From: Candidatus Multivoradales bacterium
GTDB taxonomy: Bacteria > Acidobacteriota > Thermoanaerobaculia > Multivoradales > Multivoraceae
Length of the DNA: 64,000 nt
Direction: 5' to 3'
NCBI GenBank assembly: GCA_965223325.1
Contig: CBDCWI010000002.1
Location: forward strand, 3,104,001 to 3,168,000
Shown: positions 40,492 to 48,892 of the stretch, one piece after another
Position numbering within the stretch: position 1 is the stretch's first letter
Layout of the letters: each line of letters begins with the position of its first letter
Notes under the pieces: model-generated
The model's database searches: none
What the model was told of the DNA's origin: nothing
The model's input: only the letters and a program-made list of their open reading frames with translations
Program-made: the position numbers and the translations under genes

Positions 40492-42039
40492 TTGCCGACG
40501 CCCGCTCATTCAGACCTCACAGCGACCACCCTGGCCGAAGTCGTCGACCTGGCACTCGAGCACCTGCCAGGCAAAGAGCGCCCACTCCTGATCGATCCCC
40601 CGCCCGAGCTGGTGGAGTCGGTCTGCGGATCAGAGCGCCCTCTGGTTGGAGAGGTCCGAGAGCTCCTCGAGCCTCTGGCTGGCGGGACCCCAGTCGCCAT
40701 GTCGACCCCGACCGACCTCTTGATCCTTCAGCCACTCGCCGAGCTGCTCGCCAACCAACAACGAACGACGGCGTTTGCAGAGGCTCTTGCTTCCTCACTC
40801 GCAACCGAGAGTCGCGCCGTCGTCCTCGAGCCTCCGGACCCGCAACCTGCGCGGACCCTGCGGGCGGCGCTCGCGGCCGCCGGGACCCGGATTCAGAAGG
40901 CAATCCCTCTGCGCCCGAATGACCGAACCGGCGACCCGCAACCAAGGGTTCTCATGCTGCGATTTGACGGTTACCCGGTGCGGGACTTCGAGCCTGGCGA
41001 CGAGCACTCACTCAGCGAGCTCTTCGAATCCTCCTTTCACCACCAGCGGCCGTTGGCCCACTGGACCTGGAAGTACCGCGAGAATCCCTGGGGACAGGAG
41101 CGCATTTCAGTCGTCCTCGACCAGGAGAGCCGGGTCGTAGGGCAGTACTGCGCCTACCCGGTTCCTTTCGTGCGCAGACTAAGCGGCAGGCTCGAGAGCT
41201 TTCTGGCACATCAGGTCGGGGACACGATGACCGCACCGGCGGTCCGTGCGGTGGGTCGTGGGCCCACCAGTCTGCTCGCCCGCGCCGCCCACCACTTCTA
41301 CGATCGCCACTGTCATGACGGCGTCGCCTTCAACTACGGCTTCAACACCGGCAACATCTTCAAGTTCTCGCGCCGCTACGTTGGCGCTCTCGAAGTCATG
41401 CCGGTTCCCTACCGCGTGCGGAGCACCGCGGCGGTTCGACAATCCGGCAGCAGGTCCCTTCTGCGACGCATGAGAGAGCCCATCCGGGTGGAGGTCTTAC
41501 GCTCGGGCGACATCATCGGCCCCGACCTGGCGGCAGAGCTCGATCGCTTGATGAATCGCGCCACCCTCGATGAGGGCCTGATGGTCGAGCGCACGAGCTC
41601 GTACCTGCAGTGGCGCTATCTCGCCCGGCCAGACGCCGACTACCGCCTCCTCCTCGCCTGGTCTAGAAAGAAGCTCCTGGGCTGGAGCGTCTTTCGCCGC
41701 GCCAACCCGTCAGAGGTACACCATGCCGGCACAGAGTCGGTCGCTTCAACTCTTCTATGGGGCGACGCGCTGTGGCCCTCATCCGGAATCCGAGCCGATC
41801 TTCGTCGAATCGGGTGTTCGCGTACCCTCGACGCAGCGCAGGAGGCATTTCAAGCCACCCGAGTCGTCGGCTGGTTCGAGGGCAGTTCCCAATGGAAAAG
41901 GCTCCTCGACGACCTCGGCTTCGAGGGCCGTTCGGAACCCAACGGCCTCACGATGGTGGTCGTTCCGTTCGCCTGGAGCGATCCCACCTCAGCACTACAG
42001 ACCGGCTACTTGACGATGGGAGACGGCGACCTCTTCTAG
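40492..42039 (+). CDS. GNAT-family acyltransferase with N-terminal extension
   Basis: W.WKY.ENP, VVGQY, QVGDTMT.P..R and YGF motifs; second GNAT half R...YLQWRY..P. Confidence 0.75.
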   Translation: MPTPAHSDLTATTLAEVVDLALEHLPGKERPLLIDPPPELVESVCGSERPLVGEVRELLEPLAGGTPVAMSTPTDLLILQPLAELLANQQRTTAFAEALASSLATESRAVVLEPPDPQPARTLRAALAAAGTRIQKAIPLRPNDRTGDPQPRVLMLRFDGYPVRDFEPGDEHSLSELFESSFHHQRPLAHWTWKYRENPWGQERISVVLDQESRVVGQYCAYPVPFVRRLSGRLESFLAHQVGDTMTAPAVRAVGRGPTSLLARAAHHFYDRHCHDGVAFNYGFNTGNIFKFSRRYVGALEVMPVPYRVRSTAAVRQSGSRSLLRRMREPIRVEVLRSGDIIGPDLAAELDRLMNRATLDEGLMVERTSSYLQWRYLARPDADYRLLLAWSRKKLLGWSVFRRANPSEVHHAGTESVASTLLWGDALWPSSGIRADLRRIGCSRTLDAAQEAFQATRVVGWFEGSSQWKRLLDDLGFEGRSEPNGLTMVVVPFAWSDPTSALQTGYLTMGDGDLF

Positions 42040-43178
42040 CCTCCTCCGGTCGACCGTGGGGAGCCACAGAGCTCGAAGTTCGCCAGCTCGCGAAGCCGGT
42101 GATCGGTGACCGCAACACGAAGCGAGTCCCCTGCCTCGAGGTTGTCCGCAATCGGAGTCGGCACGACCCAGCGCGACGGCGGCCTGTCCGACAGACACTC
42201 ACCCACCGCGGGAACCCCGCTCGGCTCGGGCGAGACTTCGACCCATAGATCTCGCGTCGTCGCCTGTTCAGCGACGGCGTCGAGGTCCAACTCGAAATCG
42301 CACACTTCGAAGGTGCCCTCCGGGCGGGCGGCGGCCTGGCCGGACGCGGCACCAGCGAGAAGTTCGAGCAGCCGCGCTCCGAGTCTCCCGTAGCGCTCGC
42401 GCCGGAAGCGGCGCGCAGACTGCTCAAACCAGGCACTCGCCAGGGGCTCGTGCCGGGTGCTGCGCGCGTGAAGGTGGACGGCGACCGCATCAGGAACGTA
42501 GAAGGCGGGCACTCCGGCCGCCCGAGCGCGCATCAACCACTCCGTTTCCTCGAAGTAGAGCTGGTAGCGGCGGTCGAACGGCCCAATTCGCCCGAGAATC
42601 GCACGCGGAAACGCCAGCAACGCTCCGGAGAGGGCGTGCGACTCGAGCGCCCTCGTGGTTTGCCAGTGTCGGCGCGCGTGACGCCGGAACCGCTCGGCGG
42701 CGCTTCTCTGCGCCCAGCGACCGGCGCTTCCTGGCCGGCCTGCCAAAGCCCCCAGGAGGGCATCTGGCCAGGCGTGAGAGTCCGCCGGAGGCATCATCAA
42801 GCGGCGCGCTTCTGTCCAGTAGAACCTCGGCCCCGCGATGCTCTGGCTGTCGGGATCAGCGGCGACCAACCTTAGGAAGCAGTCGTCGTCGACTAGAACG
42901 TCTGGGTTCATCGCCACCAGCCACCCCGCCTCCGAGCGCTCGATGCCGTAGTTCAGGCCACCGGCGTAACCGAGATTCTCCGGCGCCTCGAGAACCCGAA
43001 CGAAGTGGCCACACGCGTCCCGGCCGCTGAGTCCGTCGAGGCTCCCGGGGGCGGAACCATTGTCGACGACGATGAGCTCACCACCACCAACGGGCACAAG
43101 TGCCCGCGATGCGGCAGCAAGGGCCCTTCGCAAGAGCTGCGGCGTCTGGTAGTGGACGAGGATGACCGCCCGTTTCAC
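42036..43178 (-). CDS. glycosyltransferase family 2
   Basis: VVDNGS, NLGYAGG.N, MNPD and GPFDRRYQLYFEETEW motifs. Confidence 0.88.
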   Translation of the reverse strand: MKRAVILVHYQTPQLLRRALAAASRALVPVGGGELIVVDNGSAPGSLDGLSGRDACGHFVRVLEAPENLGYAGGLNYGIERSEAGWLVAMNPDVLVDDDCFLRLVAADPDSQSIAGPRFYWTEARRLMMPPADSHAWPDALLGALAGRPGSAGRWAQRSAAERFRRHARRHWQTTRALESHALSGALLAFPRAILGRIGPFDRRYQLYFEETEWLMRARAAGVPAFYVPDAVAVHLHARSTRHEPLASAWFEQSARRFRRERYGRLGARLLELLAGAASGQAAARPEGTFEVCDFELDLDAVAEQATTRDLWVEVSPEPSGVPAVGECLSDRPPSRWVVPTPIADNLEAGDSLRVAVTDHRLRELANFELCGSPRSTGGG

Positions 43179-43342
43179 CGAAGCTGCTCTCCGTGCGATG
43201 GGCCCGACTCGAAGTTTCGCGTTGGCATCACGCCCGCATTCTGCCAGCCCCAGAGAGGGGGCGCGTCTGGGATCTCCGGTCGTCGGGCGAACGTGGGTGG
43301 CGACAGGCCACCCACGTACGGCGCGGGCTCGATGGGCCGCGG

Positions 43343-46300
43343 CTAGAGGTCGTCTTCGCTACAGGGCAGAGCGAGGGTGTCGGTGATCGCAGGCGACCGG
43401 GTGCCCAGCGGATTGCGATAGATCACGCTCTCGCCAGTCACCGTGTCGGTGACCTTCATCGTGTACTTCTGGTCGGTGGTCGACGCCGCGAACACCCAGA
43501 AGTGCTCGGTCTGGCTGCAGCCATCGAGAACTTTGACCAACATCTCCCAGTTCCGTTCGTTGAAGAACCAGAACAGGCCCGAGTCGGAGGTGGCCAACGG
43601 AACGACATTAGCCTTCCCAGAATCGCCTTGTTGGTTGGTCCAGTTGACGAAGATCTCGAAGCGCCCGCTACGCAGACACATCTTCTTGCTCGAGGCCGTG
43701 CATGTGCCGCCGGTCGACTGGCCGACGGTAATCTTCTGCGTGATGGTCGCGGTGCAGAAGCGGAACGGCTGACAAGCCGCATCGACTTTCGAGATTTCGA
43801 GGGTGACGGTATAGGTCCCTGGCTCGCTGTAGGTGTGCGCGATCTTCGCGACTTCCGAACCTCCCGATGCTTCCTCACCATCTCCGAAGAACCAATGGAA
43901 GCTCTCGGCGTTACCGGCGCTACCCGTGGCGTCGAAATTCACCGTCTGGCCAGCTGCTGGAGCCGGCACGTCGAGCGTGAACTGCGGGTCGAGGCCACCG
44001 TTGCCATCGGGCGGAGTCACTCCGCCGGAGTCCTCACGCACTGAAACCGATTTCGAGCGCGAGACGCTCGTGCAACCGCCGTTGGTTGGCGTAACCGAGA
44101 TCGACTTGGCGCCGATGGTGTCCCACGAAAGAGTGACGGTGCGCGTCGTGAGCGGACCACTCGAAGTGGCAGTTCCAACCGTCCAGGCCCAGGCGGTGGG
44201 TGCTGGGGTGCAATCGCGAGCCGTGGCGGTAAAGGTGGCCGTGGCGTCCACTACGACCGAGGACGGGCCGGAGATGGTGACCGAGGGATCGGCCGGCGGT
44301 GGCGTACCCGTTCCGATCCGGATCGTGTCGCTGTGGGTGAACGTCACACTGGCACCGCCTCGAACGGCGGTCACCCGCGGCTTGAAGTCACCGTTCGTGG
44401 TGTAGGTGTGGTTGATCGACGAGTCGCGCGCCGGGTCATTGATCGTCTCGTCGATCGAGCCGTTGCCGTCCCAATCGAGGTCGACTCGTTCCGGCGAGCC
44501 CCCGAGTCCGAGGTTGAAGGCGACTGGCGTACCGGCATTGGCAAAGCACAGCCCGCTCGAGCAGAAAGGAATCTGCGCTTTGAACTGACGAACCTCGAGG
44601 ACCTCGACGTTGTTGACGACCACAGTGGTCGAGGTCGACCGTTGACCGTCACGACAGTTGGAGACCGTGACCGTCACCTCGTAGGTGCCCACCGCGGTGT
44701 ACTGGTGGGTCGGGTTCGGCCCGGCGAGGGGGTCGCTCGAGGAGAAGGTGTCGCCGTCGCCGAAGTTCCAGTCCCATTGCGTAGCGCCGGCAGCCGCGAC
44801 CTGGAAGTCGACTTCACCGAAATCAGGCGAGCCGGCCGTGATCTGTGGATCACCGAGATCAGCGAGTGCCGTGACCTCGAAGTCGGAACTATTCACAGAC
44901 GCTTCTCCAACGTCGTTCTTGACCTTGACGCGCGCGAAGTAAGAACCGGCTGCCTGATCAGACGGAACGGTCCAGGAGAAGGTCTCTTCAGACCCGGTAG
45001 CCAGCGCACCGACTCCGGCCTGACGAGCACTCCACTGGTAGGTCAGCGGAGCGCGGCCGAGTACCGACTCGGCCTGGAAGGACACCGTTCCACACTGCGG
45101 AACCGACGAGACGTTGGCGGACACGGCATCAACCGACGGTCGCGGATCGAAGACCACGAAGTTTCTCGTCGACACATCGCAGCCGCTGTCGTTGCAAGCT
45201 TCCAGGCGCACCTGGTAGGTGCGCGGGTAGGCGCCCTCGTCGGGCACCAACCAGGAGGGGTTCTGAAGCGTGCTGTCAGGGGTCGTGTCGTTGGCAAAAT
45301 CGAACCACCACGTCCAGCTGGTCGGATTGCGACTCGAACTGTCGATGAAGCTGACGCTGTCGCCGCCGTAGACGTTTTCACCGGGGAGCTCGAAGTCGGC
45401 CTGTGGGGGCAGGTTGCCAATGACCTCGTGAATATCGAAGATCGACCAGGCCGCCCGGTAGACGCGGCCACCCCGCACCGCCGCACCGTAGGGGGCGACG
45501 TTGCGAAAACCCGTTGAGTTGTCCTGGTAGTACCAGCCCCAGTAACCATCAGGATGAGACTGCGGGGTCAGGTCCTTTGGAGCCGTGGGCACCGCCATGT
45601 CGAACAGGTACTCACGCTGCGGGCCCGAGCCGAAAGCGCTGCGGGTGCCAGCGAACAGGTAGGGAACGCCCTGATCAAACGAATACTGCAGGCGGTTGGT
45701 CTTGGTCGGAATGTTGGCGGCGTTGGGCCCGCCGGGTGTGCTGATCGTGGTGACTGCCCGCATGTTGCAGGAGCCCCCAGTGAGGCACGGCACCTCGTAG
45801 ACCTCCACTTCCTGCCCTGTGGCAAACGCGGTGTAGAGCCGCCCGGCGTGCAACCAGGTTTCCAGGTCGAGCGAGTTCGAGCCACCGGTCGCAACCAGCC
45901 TTGCATTGGTTGGCAGGGACACGTCCCAGACCTGAGGCACGCCAGCACTTCCGGTTGTCAAGAGGTACTTACCGGAGACTGCAATCAGCCGGTTGCTTTG
46001 CACCGGAACACCGGCCGAGCTGACCTGGCCAATGTAGACCCCCGGACACATCAGTTCGTTCTGCTGCGTGCCCTCGTAGCAGTTGGTCGTGAGATCGAGC
46101 ACCGCCGACATGTCATAGGCAAAGATGTTCTTGCTCTGGGCGACGGCGAAACCGACATGGCGCCCGTTGATCGTGGTCGCCTCGACGTCGAGAATCGTCA
46201 GGACCTCACCGCTGCCGACACCTTTGCGTCCTTCGTCCTGGTAGCGCAGCTTCATCGCGACAGGGTTGGTCGTATCGAGAATGATCACACCCATGCCGCC

Positions 46301-46759
46301 TTCGATACCGCCGATCACGACATCGTCAACACCCGGCGGTGCGGCCACCGAGCGGATGTAGAAGTCTTGATCCGTGCGCTTCCACGGTCCGAGTGTGGGC
46401 GTGCAAATGCGCCCCGCGACCTCGGGATCGTCGGGGTTGACGTTGAGCGGCCATACCTCGATCTGGTTCCCGCCAACGGCAAACAAGAGGTTGCCCTGGG
46501 CGGCGACGTCGGTGTACATCGGAACCTGGCAACCGGGCTCGAAGTTGAACTGGTAGCTGGTTTGATCCGAGATGATGCCGCGTGGCTCGAGCCCGCCCCA
46601 GCGATCAGAGGGAACGACGGCGGCTGGCGAACAGACTTCGCAGTTGTCAGCGGCTGAACCAGGCGTGGCGGCTAACAGCAAAAGGACGACGGCGAGAAGA
46701 AGGAGCGTCAGTGGGCCACGATGAGCACGTAAAGGTTGTGCTCGAGGGTAGGAAGGCAT
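43343..46759 (-). CDS. large secreted PKD-repeat surface protein (propeller-like N-terminus, multiple PKD/Ig, distinctive C-terminal module)
   Basis: Signal peptide, WNFGDG/WFFGDG/DWDGNG PKD signatures, H.Y...GTY.VTL, and a C-terminal CL..GRF...W...FWFF...N.E.LVKVLDGC...FWVF domain. Confidence 0.85.
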   Translation of the reverse strand: MPSYPRAQPLRAHRGPLTLLLLAVVLLLLAATPGSAADNCEVCSPAAVVPSDRWGGLEPRGIISDQTSYQFNFEPGCQVPMYTDVAAQGNLLFAVGGNQIEVWPLNVNPDDPEVAGRICTPTLGPWKRTDQDFYIRSVAAPPGVDDVVIGGIEGGMGVIILDTTNPVAMKLRYQDEGRKGVGSGEVLTILDVEATTINGRHVGFAVAQSKNIFAYDMSAVLDLTTNCYEGTQQNELMCPGVYIGQVSSAGVPVQSNRLIAVSGKYLLTTGSAGVPQVWDVSLPTNARLVATGGSNSLDLETWLHAGRLYTAFATGQEVEVYEVPCLTGGSCNMRAVTTISTPGGPNAANIPTKTNRLQYSFDQGVPYLFAGTRSAFGSGPQREYLFDMAVPTAPKDLTPQSHPDGYWGWYYQDNSTGFRNVAPYGAAVRGGRVYRAAWSIFDIHEVIGNLPPQADFELPGENVYGGDSVSFIDSSSRNPTSWTWWFDFANDTTPDSTLQNPSWLVPDEGAYPRTYQVRLEACNDSGCDVSTRNFVVFDPRPSVDAVSANVSSVPQCGTVSFQAESVLGRAPLTYQWSARQAGVGALATGSEETFSWTVPSDQAAGSYFARVKVKNDVGEASVNSSDFEVTALADLGDPQITAGSPDFGEVDFQVAAAGATQWDWNFGDGDTFSSSDPLAGPNPTHQYTAVGTYEVTVTVSNCRDGQRSTSTTVVVNNVEVLEVRQFKAQIPFCSSGLCFANAGTPVAFNLGLGGSPERVDLDWDGNGSIDETINDPARDSSINHTYTTNGDFKPRVTAVRGGASVTFTHSDTIRIGTGTPPPADPSVTISGPSSVVVDATATFTATARDCTPAPTAWAWTVGTATSSGPLTTRTVTLSWDTIGAKSISVTPTNGGCTSVSRSKSVSVREDSGGVTPPDGNGGLDPQFTLDVPAPAAGQTVNFDATGSAGNAESFHWFFGDGEEASGGSEVAKIAHTYSEPGTYTVTLEISKVDAACQPFRFCTATITQKITVGQSTGGTCTASSKKMCLRSGRFEIFVNWTNQQGDSGKANVVPLATSDSGLFWFFNERNWEMLVKVLDGCSQTEHFWVFAASTTDQKYTMKVTDTVTGESVIYRNPLGTRSPAITDTLALPCSEDDL

Positions 46760-46924
46760 CAGAGGATCTCCAGGTGCAAGCAGACTGCAGAAAGTAGGAA
46801 AGTGGGCGGGGGGTAAGTCGAGCGCACAACGCCCGTCGAGGCAGGGCCCCGAATATGCCGAAATATCATATCGAAGCCCGTTTACAAGAACAACACTCCG
46901 AAGGACCGGAGCTCCCAGGAAAGC

Positions 46925-46960
46925 AAAAAAGAGACCCGACCTTACGGCCGGGCCTCTCTT
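46925..46960 (-). terminator. Rho-independent terminator
   Basis: Minus strand GAGGCCCGGCC-GTAA-GGTCGGGTCTC-TTTTTT. Confidence 0.85.
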
Positions 46961-46986
46961 CGACTGCTCGCGGAGGAGCGGTCACC

Positions 46987-47022
46987 GAACTCCCGCCACC
47001 TATGAGGGGGCAACGGGAGTTC
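46987..47022. other. 3'-UTR hairpin immediately after secreted-protein stop
   Basis: GAACTCCCG...CGGGAGTTC, 9-bp arms. Confidence 0.6.
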
Positions 47023-47035
47023 TATGTCACAACCT

Positions 47036-48310
47036 CTAGTTGCTGAGGTTGTTCAGCTGAATGGCGTCGTAGCCAACGCTGAACTGACCCAGGGCGTCGG
47101 CGACTGCGACGACGTAGGCCTGGTTCTGCTCAGCCGGGTTGGCACCCGAAGCCTGGTCGAGGTCCAGGAGGAGCCAGCCGAAGTTGGCGTTGACCGTGAG
47201 GTCAGTGCCGACGACCGTCCGGTTGGACTCCCAGGGGAACGGAGTTTCCGCATCCGCTGGGGGAAGACCAGAAGGACCACCGGTGACGACGGTGAGCGGG
47301 TTCTCCTGCTCATCGAAGACGGTGATGCCAGCCTGGGTGAACGGCATGTTGGCCGGGGCGCTGCCACAGGCTACCGGAGCGTTGGCGGGGTCGCCGGGAT
47401 CGCGATAGCTGAGGAGGTTCGTACCACCGTCGAAGTCACCACCCGCGAGGTAGCGAACTGCGAACTCACTGCCGAGCGCTTCACGGTTGTCGGCGCCGGG
47501 CTGACCGGCGGCGTCCGTGTAGCGGCAGTAGAACGTCTGCGGGTTGCCGTCGACCACGCAAGCGTTGAGGCTAGCGTCGGCTTCGACATGCACGAGGGTG
47601 AAGCCCTGGGCGAACGCGTTGGCGCGGTCGATCAGGAAGTAGTCACCCCAGAGGACGTTCAGGTTGTTGGCGATACCAACGCCACCATCCGAGAAGTAGT
47701 TCGCACTGTTCGGGAACTCGAGCGAGCAATCGGTGACGGAATCGATCGTGATGTAACCACGAGCGAGGGTGCCATCGCCTGCTGCCGAGGTGCAGTTACC
47801 GCCACCGATGTCGGTGCCGGAGAGTTCCGCCTGGAGGAGGGCAATGAAGCCATCCGGAAGCGGCTGCGTGTAGACCGGCGGCTGCGGGGGCGAGGTGCCC
47901 TGGTTGCAGTTCGCCGCGAAGGCTGCACCGAACGGGTTCGGAGCCGTCGAGAGTGAGCCAACGTTCGAGACATCAGGATGCGGACCGGTCTGCGGCAGGA
48001 TGCCGTTGACCAGCACGTTGCGCATGCTGATGGTCTGGACGTCGTAACCAGTGAGGTAGACATCGAAATCGAGCACCGGGATGGTGAACTCGGTCCAGAC
48101 GGTGATGTGGGCCAGAGCCGGGGCGGCCGAGGCGTTGTTGACGGAGAACAGGGTATCGATACCGCTGTTCGACGCAAGATCGACCTCGAAGTGGGGCAGG
48201 AGCAGCGTAGCGGCCGGAACGGCGTCAACCGTACCGAGCTCAGCAACAGCCTGGCCACCACCGAGAAGCACGAGGCTTCCGAGAGCGATCAGAATGACTA
48301 GCTTCTTCAT
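47036..48310 (-). CDS. secreted acidic Cys-rich hypothetical protein (candidate S-layer/major surface protein)
   Basis: AAGGAG RBS, Sec signal MKKLVILIALGSLVLLGGGQAVA, PAATLLLPHFEVDL; Asn/Gly/Ala/Asp-rich with strongly C-ending codons. Confidence 0.8.
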   Translation of the reverse strand: MKKLVILIALGSLVLLGGGQAVAELGTVDAVPAATLLLPHFEVDLASNSGIDTLFSVNNASAAPALAHITVWTEFTIPVLDFDVYLTGYDVQTISMRNVLVNGILPQTGPHPDVSNVGSLSTAPNPFGAAFAANCNQGTSPPQPPVYTQPLPDGFIALLQAELSGTDIGGGNCTSAAGDGTLARGYITIDSVTDCSLEFPNSANYFSDGGVGIANNLNVLWGDYFLIDRANAFAQGFTLVHVEADASLNACVVDGNPQTFYCRYTDAAGQPGADNREALGSEFAVRYLAGGDFDGGTNLLSYRDPGDPANAPVACGSAPANMPFTQAGITVFDEQENPLTVVTGGPSGLPPADAETPFPWESNRTVVGTDLTVNANFGWLLLDLDQASGANPAEQNQAYVVAVADALGQFSVGYDAIQLNNLSN

Positions 48311-48539
48311 TTCAGACAATCTCCTTGGTGACGCCCGGTTTTGTCCTGGCGTCATCATTTCTTTCTTCTTTCTAAGTTCTGCCGCGCCTTCGAGGGCGCG
48401 GCGTCGAAGGGATTCATTGCCTTCGTCCTGCGTACCCATCACCTCCAGGTCAAGATTTCAACTGCATGTCGTTTCACATCGAACGAACGACAACCGCCAC
48501 CAGAGGCAACGGCCGCACCCGTTCACGGATACGGAAAAC

Positions 48540-48571
48540 TGGTATCGAAAAAGTTGGTTTGGTATCGAAAA
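48540..48571. repeat. 12-bp direct repeat with 20-bp period (probable regulator binding sites)
   Basis: tggtatcgaaaa at 48540-48551 and 48560-48571. Confidence 0.6.
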
Positions 48572-48748
48572 TCATCGCCGCGCTCCGGTTTGCTTCTTCG
48601 GTGATCGAGCAGATCGACGGTGACCGGGAAAACCGCGACTGGCGCAAGGTCTCACGTCGAGAAGAGCTACGGCTGAAAAGGCTCGGCATCCATCCTGGCT
48701 TTCATGCCCGGACGACGGGTAGCAGGGCCCATTCCCCTTGAGTCACGC

Positions 48749-48778
48749 ACCATACGGGCCGCAACGCTCACCTGTCAA
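48749..48778 (-). promoter_or_regulatory. candidate sigma70 promoter for 47036-48310
   Basis: Minus strand TTGACA, 18 bp spacer, TATGGT. Confidence 0.5.
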
Positions 48779-48892
48779 GTACTGAAGACAACAGATTCTA
48801 GGGCTGAAACCGCCAGAGCACGTCCTAGAGACCCGAACATCGGCATTTCTCAAGAGTTCAATAAGTTTACCTCGCCGCCGCTCGGCGAGCAA

